A stretch of 64,000 nucleotides of DNA from an uncultured beta proteobacterium (GTDB taxonomy: Bacteria; Pseudomonadota; Gammaproteobacteria; Burkholderiales; SG8-41). The notes under the pieces were generated by a model. That model was given only the letters and a program-made list of their open reading frames with translations, did not search any database and was not told where the DNA came from. How positions within the stretch are numbered: the first letter of the stretch is position 1; every line of letters begins with the position of its first letter. Where the stretch lies: the NCBI GenBank assembly GCA_963734595.1, contig CAVTHV010000016.1:84519-148518 (forward strand), read 5' to 3'. Of this stretch, positions 62,850-64,000 are shown piece after piece. A program made the translations under genes and the position numbers.

Positions 62850-64000
62850 TCAGCACGGCATTTCCGCGTTCTTGCGCGCGTAGTACCACCAGGTCATCGC
62901 GATGCAGGTCAGGTAGAACACGATGAACACGTAGAGCGCGCCCTCGGGCCCGCCGGTCATCGAGATCGAGGTGCCGTAGCTCTTGGGAATGAAGAACCCG
63001 CCGTAGGCTGCCATCGCCGAGGTGAAGCCCAGCACCGCCGCCGCCTCCTTGTTGGCGTCCTTGATCGCCTGCTCTTTCGCATCCGTGCCCCTGCCCTCCG
63101 CGTCGCGCAGCCGCTCGGTCATGAAAATGACCGGGATCATGCGGAAGGTCGAGCCGTTGCCGATGCCGGTGGTCAGGAACAGCACCATGAACATCGCGAG
63201 AAAACCGTAGAAGTTGCCGGCCGCGGGCCCCCAGGGCAGGGCCAGCGCGCCCGCCGCCCCTTTCGGCAGGAAATAGAGCACGCCGACCACCGCCAGCGCC
63301 ATCGCGATGAAATTCCAGAACGTGACCGGTGCGCCGCCCAGCTTGTCCGACAGCCAGCCGCCGAAAGGCCGGATCACCGCGCCGACCAGCGGGCCGAGAA
63401 ACGCGAAGGCGAGCGCGTTCACTTCCGGAAACTGCGACTTGATCAGCAGCGGGAAACCCGCCGAGTAGCCGATGAACGAACCGAAGGTTCCGAGGTAGAG
63501 CCAGCACATCAGCCAGTTGTGCTTGCGCTTGAAAATCACCGCCTGCTCCGAAAACGACGCCTTCGCGCTGGCGATGTCGTTCATGCCGAACCATGCGGCG
63601 ATCGTCGAAACCACGATGAACGGCACCCAGATGAAACCGGCGTTCTGCAGCCAGATCTTGCCGCTTGCGGCGCCTTTGACCCAGGTCTGCGGTTCGCCGC
63701 CGAGCGCGCCGAACACGCCGGCGGTGATGACCAGCGGCACGACGAACTGCACGACCGACACGCCGAGGTTGCCGAGCCCCGCGTTCAGGCCCAGCGCCGA
63801 GCCCTTGCGTTCCTTGGGAAAAAAGAAACTGATGTTGGCCATGCTCGAGGCGAAATTGCCGCCGCCGAAGCCGCACAGCAGCGCCAGCGCCACGAAGGTC
63901 GGGTAGCTGGTGGTCGCATCCTGCACGGCGAAGCCGATCCCGAGCGCCGGCAGCAGCAGCGAAGCCGTCGAAATCGCGGTCCACTTGCGGCCGCCGAAAA
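62850..64000 (-). CDS. narK: Nitrate/nitrite MFS transporter, 5' end beyond the window
   Basis: FGGGNFASSMANISFFFPK and GNGSTFRMIP. The frame stays open to position 64000. Confidence 0.9.
   Translation of the reverse strand, partial: FGGRKWTAISTASLLLPALGIGFAVQDATTSYPTFVALALLCGFGGGNFASSMANISFFFPKERKGSALGLNAGLGNLGVSVVQFVVPLVITAGVFGALGGEPQTWVKGAASGKIWLQNAGFIWVPFIVVSTIAAWFGMNDIASAKASFSEQAVIFKRKHNWLMCWLYLGTFGSFIGYSAGFPLLIKSQFPEVNALAFAFLGPLVGAVIRPFGGWLSDKLGGAPVTFWNFIAMALAVVGVLYFLPKGAAGALALPWGPAAGNFYGFLAMFMVLFLTTGIGNGSTFRMIPVIFMTERLRDAEGRGTDAKEQAIKDANKEAAAVLGFTSAMAAYGGFFIPKSYGTSISMTGGPEGALYVFIVFYLTCIAMTWWYYARKNAEMPC

Overview
High-GC proteobacterial chromosome segment; gene content looks betaproteobacterial, but this is unverified. 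It is dominated by low-oxygen and anaerobic respiration functions. Order along the window: (1) 0-14 kb, a c-type cytochrome region: a heptaheme cytochrome plus cytochrome b, a nonaheme-cytochrome-b fusion (CbcL-like), two tetraheme c4-like proteins, a diheme c5 fusion, and a sigma54 two-component system whose sensor has a periplasmic CXXCH. (2) hemN, fnr, ccoNOQP-ccoGH (cbb3 oxidase). (3) usp, DUF883, trxC-DUF2892 and a DsrMK/HdrDE-like pair. (4) An RND/MFP efflux pair, HPF, a CBS protein, archease-rtcB, PolX, a DksA/TraR protein and an Rv2004c-like APH/AAA kinase. (5) An nrdJ C-terminal fragment, hemerythrin, nrdD-nrdG, a Dnr-like regulator and sqr. (6) ubiU-ubiV-hlyIII-(LplA-DUF116)-ubiT-NMO-ctaA. 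(7) narK(partial)-narGHJI with hemerythrin and ppiC. The most striking signal is 14 FNR/Dnr-type palindromes (TTGAY-N4-RTCAA) in front of nearly every transcription unit, so the window reads as a dense oxygen-limitation regulon. About 30 reading-frame breaks occur in 15 genes, counting the nrdD / 63-aa ORF split. Nearly all resolve as +1 insertions, which suggests insertion-biased consensus error rather than true pseudogenes. The exceptions are a 10-bp and a 7-bp tandem duplication. No tRNA, rRNA, CRISPR or transposase was seen. All calls come from reading the ORF translations and the sequence by eye; no searches were run.
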